Positions 40,092 to 49,957 are shown, counted from the stretch's first letter. The stretch is DNA of 64,000 nucleotides from a virus (IMGVR_UViG_3300025133_000019); one strand, 5' to 3'. The notes: generated by a model from the letters alone, not told the origin. Made by a program: numbers and translations.

Positions 40092-41920
40092 GCCAGTCCG
40101 TAGAGCTTCTTTTCGTAGTCAGTCATTTGTCTGGTTTCGACTTGTCTACTTATTTTGTTGCCTATAGTATTTTCACTAATCTCTAAGTTCCTTAGTCTGA
40201 GGGCTTCTTTATGAGTGAATTCCGGGCCAGGACTTTTCTTCTTTTCAACTGCTTTTGAATTTAGTCTTCGGATAACCCTTCTCTCACTAGAGAGATCTAT
40301 TTTATGGTTTAAAACGTAATCCTCGGTATTTTCTAGTATGTAGTCAATATCTTCGTTTAAAAGATTGGCTAGAACAGTGACTTCGAATAACTCGTCTTCG
40401 TAGTTCACATAATAGGTATTATCTTTATAAATAAATTTCTCGTTTCTACCGTCTTGCTCGTGCTCGTAAAACACACAATCTCTTATTCTTTTCTCCATTT
40501 GATTTCTGGTTAATTCAAGAGACTCTCCTAGACTTGAGAAGTCTGTCAATTTTCCGTTATAATAAAACTGTTCTACTTTCTCGGGTCTCTCTGTTTCATC
40601 AAGATTTTCTGTATATTTAGCGTTTGCTACTCTTTTTAGTATCTGCTGTTTAGGAAGTTTTTTCATTTCTACTATTTCTGGTAATAAATAATACTGCCCC
40701 TCCATTAAGATATAATCTCCTCCAGCGTTATGTGTGAAGTCACCTTTTATTAGTTGGGAGGTTATAACTGATTCTGGGAGCCTTATTTTTTTAGATAAGT
40801 TTTCTATATCGTATTCTTTATCTTGGTAAAAGCACTTCCCCGAATCTTTATAAAACTTCTCTCTATCGCTTGTATGAGGAGAGAAGTCTGAGCCTGATAT
40901 TCTTCGTTCTACCCAGTCACGGCTTTTCCTAAACAGTATAGTAAGATCGGAGATAGTGTAGTTCTTTCCATGGTAAGCGTATTTTTTAGGAGCGTTCAGG
41001 TTTCCAGAGATTTTATCTTGGAATTCTCCGTCTACTATTCTCCTCCGTACCCAGGAGCGTGACTTATTAAAGAGGGATTTTAATTCGTCCATCCTGTATT
41101 GCTTTCCTTGGTAAGTATAGTAATCTTTATCGCTCAACTCTTCTGTAAAGACGTTATCTTTAATTCTTCGTTTTATCCAATGCCTGCTTTTTCCTAGAAG
41201 CCTAGTTAATTCTCGTAGTCCGTATGTGTCTCCGTTGTACCATATTTGTTTTCTGCCGTAGGACTCTGGAGACCTAGGTTTATGAGTGTAGTTGTAATCT
41301 ACAGATCCTTTAACTATAGTGTTTTGAGCTACATGAAGGTGTTTAGCTAGATCTTTGATATACCATTTTTCTCCGTTATAAGTGTATTTAGGAGGTTTTT
41401 TAGGTTTAACAGGAGTGTAGTTTGGATCAAATACTCCGTCTACTACCCTACTTCTAATCCACTTTTTACCTTTACCAAAGTTTTTGGCTAGAGTCCCTGA
41501 GAAGTGCTTTTCCCCGTTATATAGTATTTTTGATCCGTCGCATTTTTCTGGATCAAAGGTATTTCCTGTCAATCTTCGTCTTACCCACTTGTGGTCCTTA
41601 TTAAACTTTTTAGTTAGTTCGCTTATAGTGTAGGATTGCCCCTGGAATAAAAAGGTTTCTGGTTCAGACTCTTTATCTATAATCAGTTCTCCGTCAATTA
41701 AACGCCTGTTTACCCAGTTAGTGCTTTTACCAGTACGGCGAGATAATTGAGCTACGGTTAAGTATTCGTTCTCAAATAAGTATAAGTCTCTGAATTGTTT
41801 CTTAGGATCGAAGATGCCGTTGTCTACACGGTTTTTTACCCATGCTATACTTTTGTCAAACTGTTTGGATAGAGAGGACAGAGATCGTTCTTTGTCTTGG
41901 TAAAGAATCTTGTTTTCCAT
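40088..41920 (-). CDS. Tandem-repeat protein with about 12 HTH-like modules
   Basis: Repeat consensus (Y/F)xYxGxxYxxxxLxxxxxKSxxWvxRRixxxxF, about 42-49 aa each. Confidence 0.8.
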   Translation of the reverse strand: MENKILYQDKERSLSSLSKQFDKSIAWVKNRVDNGIFDPKKQFRDLYLFENEYLTVAQLSRRTGKSTNWVNRRLIDGELIIDKESEPETFLFQGQSYTISELTKKFNKDHKWVRRRLTGNTFDPEKCDGSKILYNGEKHFSGTLAKNFGKGKKWIRSRVVDGVFDPNYTPVKPKKPPKYTYNGEKWYIKDLAKHLHVAQNTIVKGSVDYNYTHKPRSPESYGRKQIWYNGDTYGLRELTRLLGKSRHWIKRRIKDNVFTEELSDKDYYTYQGKQYRMDELKSLFNKSRSWVRRRIVDGEFQDKISGNLNAPKKYAYHGKNYTISDLTILFRKSRDWVERRISGSDFSPHTSDREKFYKDSGKCFYQDKEYDIENLSKKIRLPESVITSQLIKGDFTHNAGGDYILMEGQYYLLPEIVEMKKLPKQQILKRVANAKYTENLDETERPEKVEQFYYNGKLTDFSSLGESLELTRNQMEKRIRDCVFYEHEQDGRNEKFIYKDNTYYVNYEDELFEVTVLANLLNEDIDYILENTEDYVLNHKIDLSSERRVIRRLNSKAVEKKKSPGPEFTHKEALRLRNLEISENTIGNKISRQVETRQMTDYEKKLYGLA

Positions 41921-41979
41921 ACTTCATTATAACAAATAATACAGAGGAATGTAAATTTTTAATTTTATTGAGAAAAAGG

Positions 41980-42009
41980 TTGACATACCAGTGCCAGCTT
42001 CTTTATAAT
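41980..42009 (+). promoter_or_regulatory. Sigma70 promoter of the Ro60 operon, back-to-back with the repeat-protein promoter
   Basis: TTGACA-18-TATAAT; on the minus strand TTTACA (41955)-18-TATAAT (41931), 5 nt before ATG 41920. Confidence 0.7.
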
Positions 42010-42081
42010 AAGTTCATTCAACAAAAAGCGAGAGAGTAGTAACACTTAGTTAACATAAGTGTGCTTAAGTATCTTCAAAGG

Positions 42082-42345
42082 TGTTTATAATACTCATTTT
42101 AAATAAGAACATTATAAATATTGACAAGCAAAGCAATATAGTGTTGACTAAGAAGTCTTTTAAGTGACGAGAACCAAGTTATCTGAAAAGACCTAAGAAT
42201 AAGTATAAATACCGCAGGTCATGCCGAAATTAAAGCTTGTGGAGAAGTCAGCTCTGGCTTTGAGTGGTTGTTATCAACTATTCTATGTGAAACTGATTCT
42301 GTGAAGCAAGAATCTAAAGTATACAATTGAGTATACTTTGAAAGG
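42082..42345 (+). mobile_element. Non-autonomous IS607-like remnant carrying a TnpB C-terminal tail / omegaRNA-like segment
   Basis: 42193-42330 translates as ...NTAGHAEIKACGE...ETDSVKQES* (TnpB tail); hairpin AAAGTATAC/GTATACTTT; bounded by TTCAAAGG and TTGAAAGG. Confidence 0.6.
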
Positions 42346-42354
42346 CAGACCACC

Positions 42355-44025
42355 ATGAGTACAAATAATTATGATTTTTTGAATGACCAGAGGGCTAATA
42401 CTCCTCAATCAGAAGCTATTCCTGGTAGAGAGTCAGAGATGACTCGAAACTTGGCAGGCGGATTCGGTTTTAAGGCTGGGGAATGGACTGCTTTGCGCAG
42501 ATGGTTATGCGTAGGTTCTACTAATAACGCATTTTATGCAAGCAGAAAGTCCATGACTACAGATAACTTAAAATTTGCTGTAGCTCTTGTAGAGCAAAAT
42601 CCTCAGGAATTTGCAAACCAAGTAGTTTACGCTTCTAACAAAGGGCTAAGTAACTCCACTCCTCTTTTGGCTTTGGTTTTGCTTAGTAACGGTTCAAGCA
42701 AAGATGCTAAAGATTCCTTCCTAGGTATTTTTAATGAAGTTGTTAGAACTGCGTCCCATTTGTACGAATTTTTGAGTTATGTTCCTAACTTTAGAGGTTT
42801 TGGAACCACTATTCAAAAAGCTGTTCATAATTGGTTTGACTCTCTTGGTGCGTCCAAGCTCTCTTACCAGATGTTGAAGTATGGCTCTAGGTCCGGGTGG
42901 TCTCATCGTGATGTTCTTAGAAAGTTTCACGTTCGACCTGCATCCACAGATCATGACGCTCTTTACGGGTGGTGTGTGAATGGATCGCTGGGAGATCGTG
43001 TTACTAGCGACGAAGATCCTTTAAAGCAAATCTATTGGGTTGAAAGGCTCAAGGAAAATGCTGGAAATGAGGCTGAAGTATTGAGAGCTATTAGAGAAGG
43101 TAATCTTACCCATGAGATGGTTACTGGGAACGTTACTGGGATGACTAACGCTATTAGGCGAGAACTATTAGTTCGAATGCCTTTGACTGCGACTATTAGG
43201 AATCTTGGGGCTATGACCAGTCATGGTGTAATTTCTTTCAATGATACAGGTTTAACAGATATTTTGGAGTCCAGACTGTGTAACCAAGACGCATTATCTA
43301 GAGCTAGGATTCATCCTTTGGTCCTAGCAAGTGCTTACAAGGTTTATGCGGGTGGAGGAACCCTAGGGAAGTCCAAGCTGACTTGGAATCCTGTTGACAG
43401 CGTTCTTAATGTTCTTGAGAACGCAGTTAACATGTCCTTTGATGCCCTGGAGCCAACTGGGTTAAGATATCAGTTTAACGTTGATATTAGCGGATCTATG
43501 ACATGGGACCCTTATGGGACTAGTAATTTGTCAATGAATCCTATGAATATTGCAGGGATTTTAGCTCTTGCTGGAGTTAAAGCTGAGAAGCATTGTTATG
43601 TTGGAGGCTTTAATACTAGTTTTACTAAGTTCCCTATGACGAAAAGGTCTAGTTTTCTAGATTCTATGAATGGATCACGTTCTGTTTGGCCTGCGTGGAT
43701 TGGTGGAGGTACTGATGCCTCTGTTGGTTACAGGGATGCCGAGAAGAACAAACGAGAAGTTGATGTGTTCGTGAGTATCACGGATAACATGAGCTGGGCT
43801 GGTCATAACCATCCTGTACAAGCTCTTGCTAGTTACAGGAATAAGGTTAACAGGAATACTAGAGCAGTATACATTACTGTAGCAGCTCCGTATTCCGACC
43901 AAGTAACTCTCGTAGATCCTAAGGATTCTAGGAGCACAGATCTAGTAGGATTTAGTGCAGATTCTATCAGGTACATGCAAATGTTCGCTACAGGGGAATT
44001 GGACCCTGTTTTTACAGACGGGTAA
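42355..44025 (+). CDS. rsr: Ro60/TROVE RNA-binding protein with vWA domain
   Basis: NLAGGFGF; LRRWLCVGS; KYGSRSGWSHRDVLRKFH; MPLTATIRNLGAM; IHP; DISGSM; GGTD; TDNMSW. Confidence 0.93.
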   Translation: MSTNNYDFLNDQRANTPQSEAIPGRESEMTRNLAGGFGFKAGEWTALRRWLCVGSTNNAFYASRKSMTTDNLKFAVALVEQNPQEFANQVVYASNKGLSNSTPLLALVLLSNGSSKDAKDSFLGIFNEVVRTASHLYEFLSYVPNFRGFGTTIQKAVHNWFDSLGASKLSYQMLKYGSRSGWSHRDVLRKFHVRPASTDHDALYGWCVNGSLGDRVTSDEDPLKQIYWVERLKENAGNEAEVLRAIREGNLTHEMVTGNVTGMTNAIRRELLVRMPLTATIRNLGAMTSHGVISFNDTGLTDILESRLCNQDALSRARIHPLVLASAYKVYAGGGTLGKSKLTWNPVDSVLNVLENAVNMSFDALEPTGLRYQFNVDISGSMTWDPYGTSNLSMNPMNIAGILALAGVKAEKHCYVGGFNTSFTKFPMTKRSSFLDSMNGSRSVWPAWIGGGTDASVGYRDAEKNKREVDVFVSITDNMSWAGHNHPVQALASYRNKVNRNTRAVYITVAAPYSDQVTLVDPKDSRSTDLVGFSADSIRYMQMFATGELDPVFTDG

Positions 44026-44048
44026 AACCTGAGTAAAAACATACCACT

Positions 44049-44077
44049 AAAAAGCCCCTTTAATCAGGGGCTTTTTT
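44049..44077 (+). terminator. Intrinsic terminator
   Basis: AAAAGCCCCT-TTAATC-AGGGGCTTTTTTT. Confidence 0.8.
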
Positions 44078-44095
44078 TATATAATTGGAGGAGAT

Positions 44096-45358
44096 ATGAA
44101 AAGATTTATACCTACATACCAGGACTGTTTAGACATATGTGCAAACACAAAAATTGCTATAAAAAGAGAAGATACTGATGAAGCAAAAGAGATGTTTGTA
44201 TTTGCTCCTAATACTCATGAAGTCAACGGAACCGAAATAACTACTTTTAACTACGGGCTGTTTTCAGACTGGAAAAGTTTTGTCAATCCTATAGAGTCCC
44301 GTCCTGAGTTACAGGCACTTGAGTTACGAGGAATTACTTTCGTTTCTAATGGATCGGGATATACAAGGTATTTAATGTTGCCTAAGTTCTTTAATTTAGA
44401 TCAACACGAGCCTGTTAGTTTTCATAATTTAAAAGATCTTCCTGTAAAATTAGTACAGGAAAAAGCTGACGGATCAATGATAGGCTTTATAAGACTGGAT
44501 GGAGTGTTGTATCCTAGAACTAAGAACAGCTTTACTTCACCTCAAGTAAAGTTTGTTAATGATTTTTTGGGACACAACCCTGCGTATCAGAGTTTTATAC
44601 ATAAGTGTATCAACTTAGAGTTAGCGCCTGTGTTTGAGATATGCAGTCCTTTGAACATGATCGTCTTAAATTACTCGGAAACTTCTTTGCCTTTGCTTCA
44701 GCTTAGAGACTTGAATACCGGGGATCTCTTGGATATCTATAATCACGAGTTAGTCAGTGACCACGAAATAAAGGTAGTTGATAAGCTTGAGAACCTGCCT
44801 TTGTCGCACTGGGTTGAACAGGCCGAAACAGTTACTGAGAAAGAGGGATGGGTTATAACATTTGAAAACGGGTTAATGGTTAAGGTTAAAACTGTGTGGT
44901 ATTGGAATCTTCATCACTTGGTAACTGAGGTTGTTGGAAGAGAGAACCTTTTAATAAGAGCTGTCTTAGAAAATAGGATAGATGACTTGTTAGCTAGGCT
45001 TGATAATAACGACACCAGAATACCTTATACTAACGAGATTTCTGTTGTAACAGTTAATGAGATTGACAGGCAATATGACTATGCTGTAGAGGCAAGAAAG
45101 GGATATTCAGGGGATAGAAAGGCTTTTTATATTAAATGGTCAAATGATCCGTTAACAGGAATTATAATGAATACTCTTCCGTTCAAAGATACCGAGACCG
45201 GGGAATACAGGGATCGTACTGCCGAAGAGCTTAGAGAAAGAATAATAATGAGAATCACTAAACTTACTTGGAGACTTAAGGAAGCACGAGAGTTTTTGAG
45301 TACTTTAGATGTTGATGTTAATCAAATAAGGAGTGGGGTGTTTTATGATGGAAGTTAG
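44096..45358 (+). CDS. T4 Rnl1-like RNA ligase
   Basis: ELRGITF; PKFFN; EKADGS; FEICSP; EGWVI; KVKTVWY. Confidence 0.9.
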   Translation: MKRFIPTYQDCLDICANTKIAIKREDTDEAKEMFVFAPNTHEVNGTEITTFNYGLFSDWKSFVNPIESRPELQALELRGITFVSNGSGYTRYLMLPKFFNLDQHEPVSFHNLKDLPVKLVQEKADGSMIGFIRLDGVLYPRTKNSFTSPQVKFVNDFLGHNPAYQSFIHKCINLELAPVFEICSPLNMIVLNYSETSLPLLQLRDLNTGDLLDIYNHELVSDHEIKVVDKLENLPLSHWVEQAETVTEKEGWVITFENGLMVKVKTVWYWNLHHLVTEVVGRENLLIRAVLENRIDDLLARLDNNDTRIPYTNEISVVTVNEIDRQYDYAVEARKGYSGDRKAFYIKWSNDPLTGIIMNTLPFKDTETGEYRDRTAEELRERIIMRITKLTWRLKEAREFLSTLDVDVNQIRSGVFYDGS

Positions 45359-46323
45359 AGAGCTTATAAGATGGATGTTTGATAGCCATCCTGATATAGT
45401 GAGAGCTTACAAGGAAACCGATCATCATTATAACGGTATTCTTAACCCGTATCACCTGGAAGGGGATTGTTGGGCTCATTTGTGTATGGTTATGATGAAA
45501 GCCCGAGACTTAGGTGTTCCTGATGTTGTTAGGTATGCTGCGTTATTCCATGACCTCGGGAAAATTGATACCAGACGAGTTAACCCGGAAAAAGGGTGGG
45601 TGTCTTTTACTGGTCACGAAGGGGTATCTTTTTGGAAGAGTATTGAGCACCTTCAGTCCTTAGGGATGCAAGGAGATGATCTTATAAGGTGTCTGCAAAT
45701 CATAAGTTTGCATACAGATCTTTACAAAATAGTTGGATCTGAGAAGAGTGATCTTAGTAATGGGGTGATTAATCCCAGATTTTTTTCTAAGTTCAAGTAT
45801 AACAAGGATTTAGTTCGTGATTTGGTTCAACATACTAGGAAGGTTTAGCGGTCAAATCTCTGGAGTACAAGATTTTGGGGAATTAATGGATATCTTTGTT
45901 GAAGACATAGAGGATACTCAGGAATACCAGGAACCCTGGAAGCGTAATACCATAACATTAATGGTAGGGCTTCCTTGTTCTGGGAAGTCTGTTTATACAA
46001 ATAGTAACAAAACCTCGGAAATTGTGATTTCCAGGGATGCTTTAATTGAGAAAGTAGCCGAAGAAGAAAGTATCACGTATAACGAGGCTTTTCATATTAC
46101 CGGAAAGGAGTTAGACCGAGAAGTAAATAATCAAATAAATGAGGCTATTAAGAATAAGCAGGATATAATTATAGATAAGACTCATATGAGCCCTAAGTCA
46201 AGGCGAAGATCTATGGCTAGGATTCCTAGTAAATCAGGGCCTCCAGAGAAATCTGGAGGCCCTTTTTATTATAATCATTTTTTATGTAGTTATAGTGATA
46301 AAAAAATGCTTGCAGAAAAATAA
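45345..46323 (+). pseudogene. HD phosphohydrolase / P-loop polynucleotide kinase fusion, frameshifted and C-terminally truncated
   Basis: HLEGDCWAH, LFHDLGK, GHEGVS; frame switch near 45835; GLPCSGKS, ISRD, IIIDKTH, RRR, then the frame runs into a terminator hairpin. Confidence 0.78.
46236..46267 (+). terminator. Intrinsic terminator
   Basis: AGGGCCTCCAGA-GAAA-TCTGGAGGCCCT-TTTT. Confidence 0.88.
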
Positions 46324-46372
46324 TTTTATATTATTGAGTATTTTTAGACGGGTTGAGGAGAGACTGTGTTAG

Positions 46373-46774
46373 TTGTGTTTAGAGGAGAGGTTCTTGATGC
46401 TTGAGAGTTCAAAAAGAATTGAGATTCCTTCAAAAGAAGAGGCGTGGGAAGTTAAGGGCTCGATATGGAGAGATGCGGATAAAATCATTTTCATGGACCA
46501 AAACGGTCAAGAAAGGGTTTTATCGACTTTACAGACAGAGATTCTTGGGGAAGTTTTACAGGAAGATACTGACAGTGGAAATTTCGGCTCTCAGATTGAC
46601 TATGTGACTAGTAAACCTTTCGAGGGGTTAAGGTTGTTTAGAAACGGACTGAGACAGTCAGTGACTGTGGATTTCAGTTTAGTAACAATTGGAGACCATA
46701 CTTCCATAAGACTAGTTAAGACACTAGCAGCGAACGATATTTTAATGGCAGACTTCACTACTAAGGAGATTTGA
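46373..46774 (+). CDS. Hypothetical protein
   Basis: ORF track; GAGGAG RBS nearby. Confidence 0.5.
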   Translation: MCLEERFLMLESSKRIEIPSKEEAWEVKGSIWRDADKIIFMDQNGQERVLSTLQTEILGEVLQEDTDSGNFGSQIDYVTSKPFEGLRLFRNGLRQSVTVDFSLVTIGDHTSIRLVKTLAANDILMADFTTKEI

Positions 46775-46775
46775 G

Positions 46776-46979
46776 ATGAGTGAGCTAAAAACAAAAGAAA
46801 TAGGTTTGGCTGCTTACATGCAAATCAAGGGATGTCAGCTAGTTAGATATGAGCAAGGCTTTTTTGTGTTTGAAGGGGAAGAAGGAAAGAGCATCGAGAA
46901 TTGGGAGATAGAGTATGCAAACTCGTGTTGCTCTAAGCATGATGACGCAGTAATGCGACTTAGAAAATTTAAAAGATAA
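46776..46979 (+). CDS. Small hypothetical protein (DUF5659-like)
   Basis: TKEIGLAAYMQIKG...FVF pattern. Confidence 0.4.
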   Translation: MSELKTKEIGLAAYMQIKGCQLVRYEQGFFVFEGEEGKSIENWEIEYANSCCSKHDDAVMRLRKFKR

Positions 46980-47011
46980 AAATTTAATTAAATTAATTAA
47001 GGAGAAAAATA

Positions 47012-48532
47012 ATGACTACAATTTCAACAGGGCAGATTAAAGACAATGCTATTACATCTGCAAAACTTGGTAGTGGTGCGATTGACACCACAGCACTTGG
47101 TGCTGACGCAGTTGATGGAACCAAGATTGCTGATAACGCTGTAGATTCGGAGCATATTGCTGCTGGATCTATTGATTCAGAGCACTTTTCAACAGGATGT
47201 ATTGATACCTCAGGTTTCATCGCAGCCGATTTGATCGACACGGTTCACTTTGCTGCTGGTGGCGTAGACACCACAGCACTTGGTGCTGACGCAGTTGATG
47301 GAACCAAGATTGCTGATGACGCTGTAGGTTCGGAGCATATTGCTGCTGGTGCCGTAGACACCACAGCACTTGGTGCCGACGCAGTTGATGGAACCAAGAT
47401 TGCTGATGACGCTGTAGATTCGGAGCATTTTGCTGCTGGTGGCGTAGACACCACAGCACTTGGTGCTGACGCAGTTGATGGAACCAAGATTGCTGATAAC
47501 GCTGTAGATTCGGAGCATATTGCTGCTGGATCTATTGATTCAGAGCACTTTTCAACAGGAAGTATTGATACAGCAACTTTTATAGCTGCTGGAACAATAA
47601 CATCTACCCAAATAGATTCCTCTGTAGCTACTACAGCTTATGTAGATCAAGTAGCGCAGGGTCTCAGGGTTAAGAAATCTGTTCAACTTGCATCTACGGA
47701 AGAAATAACAACTTCTCACTCTACTTCTGGATCGTATTCTGCGGGTCAGTTCACCAGTATGGGACAAGGGGACGTAGACAACGTAACTTTAGTTGCTACT
47801 ATGAGAGTATTGCTTAAGAATCAAACTGATGCCAAGCAAAACGGAATTTATGTCATTACAACTTTAGGTACTAGTGATGACGGAGTTTGGGATCGTGTTA
47901 CTGACATGGATGCTGACGCTGAAGTTAACGGCGGAGATTTTACCTTTGTAGAGTTTGGTGGGTTAGCTAATACTGGATGGGTTTTGCAAAATGATACTAG
48001 TGACTTAGCCTTAACTTTGGATACTGACGACTTAGATTGGGTACAGTTTAACGGTGCCGGAGCTGTTACAGCGGGTACTGGAGCTACTAAATCTGGTAAC
48101 ACCATTAATGTTGTTGGCGGAGACGGTATCACTGCAAATGCTGATGAGATAGAAGTTACTGTGGATGATTCTACAATTGAACTATCTGATACAAGTGGTA
48201 GTGGGCATATTAGAGTTAAGGATGACGGAGTTACAGCAGCTAAAGTCGACCTTTCAACTGCTCTATCCTTTATCATGGGATCGGGATCTGACGGTGTAGT
48301 AGCAAAACATGTTATTAATTATGATGTAGGTGCTGGAGACAGCTCTACTACCGTATTCAATATTAATGCTACTAACTTCATTAACGGAACTGAGCAGATT
48401 TTTGTTAACGGGCTATTGCAGTTGCCTACAGATGATTATACGACTACATCGGCTAGTGGTACAATCACTTTTGGAACTGCTCCAGCTACTGGCGACGAAA
48501 TCAGATCTACTTATATAACAACTACAATGTAA
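47012..48532 (+). CDS. Virion fibre protein with 10/30-aa repeats
   Basis: AYVD...KKSVQLAST...RVLLKNQTDAKQNGIY...WDRVTD fibre module; C-terminal QIFVNGLLQ...DY module; AAGGAG RBS. Confidence 0.75.
   Translation: MTTISTGQIKDNAITSAKLGSGAIDTTALGADAVDGTKIADNAVDSEHIAAGSIDSEHFSTGCIDTSGFIAADLIDTVHFAAGGVDTTALGADAVDGTKIADDAVGSEHIAAGAVDTTALGADAVDGTKIADDAVDSEHFAAGGVDTTALGADAVDGTKIADNAVDSEHIAAGSIDSEHFSTGSIDTATFIAAGTITSTQIDSSVATTAYVDQVAQGLRVKKSVQLASTEEITTSHSTSGSYSAGQFTSMGQGDVDNVTLVATMRVLLKNQTDAKQNGIYVITTLGTSDDGVWDRVTDMDADAEVNGGDFTFVEFGGLANTGWVLQNDTSDLALTLDTDDLDWVQFNGAGAVTAGTGATKSGNTINVVGGDGITANADEIEVTVDDSTIELSDTSGSGHIRVKDDGVTAAKVDLSTALSFIMGSGSDGVVAKHVINYDVGAGDSSTTVFNINATNFINGTEQIFVNGLLQLPTDDYTTTSASGTITFGTAPATGDEIRSTYITTTM
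47084..47566 (+). repeat. Near-identical 90-bp coding repeats (four copies)
   Basis: Units start at 47084, 47267, 47357 and 47447 (GACACCACAGCACTTGGTGC...). Confidence 0.92.
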
Positions 48533-48545
48533 TCTAAACTAAATT

Positions 48546-48568
48546 AGCCCTCTTCGGAGGGCTTTTTT
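48546..48568 (+). terminator. Intrinsic terminator with C(UUCG)G tetraloop
   Basis: AGCCCTC-TTCG-GAGGGCT-TTTTT. Confidence 0.9.
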
Positions 48569-48729
48569 ATTTGTCTTTAAAACTTTGGTATGTTATAATA
48601 AATATTATTTTTAATTTAAGATGTTATTAATGGCAGCAAGAATCTCTCGGTAAGGGTTATATTTACTCGTTACTAGATAATTTTAAGATTATAAAGAAGA
48701 ATCTCCTGATGTAAATTTGAGTTTATGAG

Positions 48730-49957
48730 ATGGTTCAAAGAGTTGAAAGACATATTTTCGTAACTAAAAAGTTTGATAGTATCTGCTACCTGTCTAAGAA
48801 TTTATACAATTATTGTAATTATATTTTGAGGCAGTGTTTTTCTGGAAAAATTAGAGAATATTTCAGAATTTAGAGATTTAATAAAGGATGGAAAGTTCAT
48901 TTCTGAGTTTAACTTATCTTCAAGATTGTCTTCCTTGAGCCAAGCAGACTATAGAAGTCTGCCAGCACAGACTTCTCAGCAAGTAATAAAATTGCTTTAT
49001 AAAAACTGGAAGTCTTTTTATAAATCTGTTGGCCAGTATAAAAAAGCTCCTAGATCTTTTAGAGGAAGGCCAAAGCCTCCTAAGTACAAAGACAAAAATG
49101 GTAAAAATATTGTTGTCTTTACAAATCAGCAAGTCAAGATTAGAGAAGGGCTTATTAAATTCCCTAAAAGATGTAATTTGAGTTCTATAAAAACCAAGGC
49201 AAAAAATTTAGTTCAGGTGAGAATAATTCCTCAATTTAGTTGTTACACGGTAGAAGTGGTTTACGAGAAGGGGATAGAGAGAGTGGGGTTGGACCCTACT
49301 TTTTATTTAAGTATTGATTTGGGATTGAATAATTTTGCAACTTCTGTAGATAATTCGGGCGGTAAGTCTTTTATTATCAATGGCAAGACAATTAAATCTT
49401 GTAATCAATACTTCAATAAAAAGAAGGCAAAATTGATGAGTTATGTTGGAGACAGAGGCACTTCCAAAAGGATTAGAGAGCTTACTCACAAGAGGAATTG
49501 TAAGGTGGAAGATTTTTTACACAAAACTTCCAGATTTATCATTGATTATTGCGTGGCTAACAAAATTAAAACTGTTGTGGTTGGTTTAAATAAACTCTGG
49601 AAGCAAGACATAAATATTGGAGAAAGGAATAACCAAAATTTTGTCGGCGTTCCTCACAGTAAATTTATAAGTAAGTTGATTTACAAAGCAGAAGAAGTCG
49701 GGATTGAAGTGATTACTCATGAAGAGTCGTATACTTCGAAGTGCGATAGCTTAGCTTTTGAGACAATGGGAAAGAAAGAGTCGTATCTAGGGAATAGGAA
49801 GAAAAGAGGGTTATTTCAGAGTTCAGAAAGAAAACTTTTGAATGCCGATGTAAATGGTTCTCTAAACATCCTTAGAAAAGTAACTGGTGATTCTGTTGCG
49901 GAGCAGATAATTAGTAGAGGGTTAGTGTTTAACCCAGTCAGATTAAATATAATCTAA
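48730..49957 (+). mobile_element. tnpB: TnpB-only IS200/IS605 (IS1341-like) element; tnpB has a +1 frameshift
   Basis: MVQRVERH...SKNLYN start at 48730; extra A in the A5 run at 48846-48850; IDLGLNN, VVVG, EESYTSK, NADVNGSLNI; terminal hairpin GGGTTA/TAACCC. Confidence 0.85.

Noticed and set aside
42082-42345. Group I intron / IStron
   Set aside because: About 110 nt precede the TnpB tail, too short for a catalytic core, and no ordered P7 elements are recognisable
41940-44095. YrlA-type tRNA-like Y RNA next to Ro60
   Set aside because: No GTTCGA T-arm or recognisable Ro-binding bulged helix in either flank; only the IS-derived structure was found
47084-47566. CRISPR array or DGR template
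   Set aside because: Repeats are contiguous, in frame and lack unique spacers; there is no reverse transcriptase or adenine-specific variation
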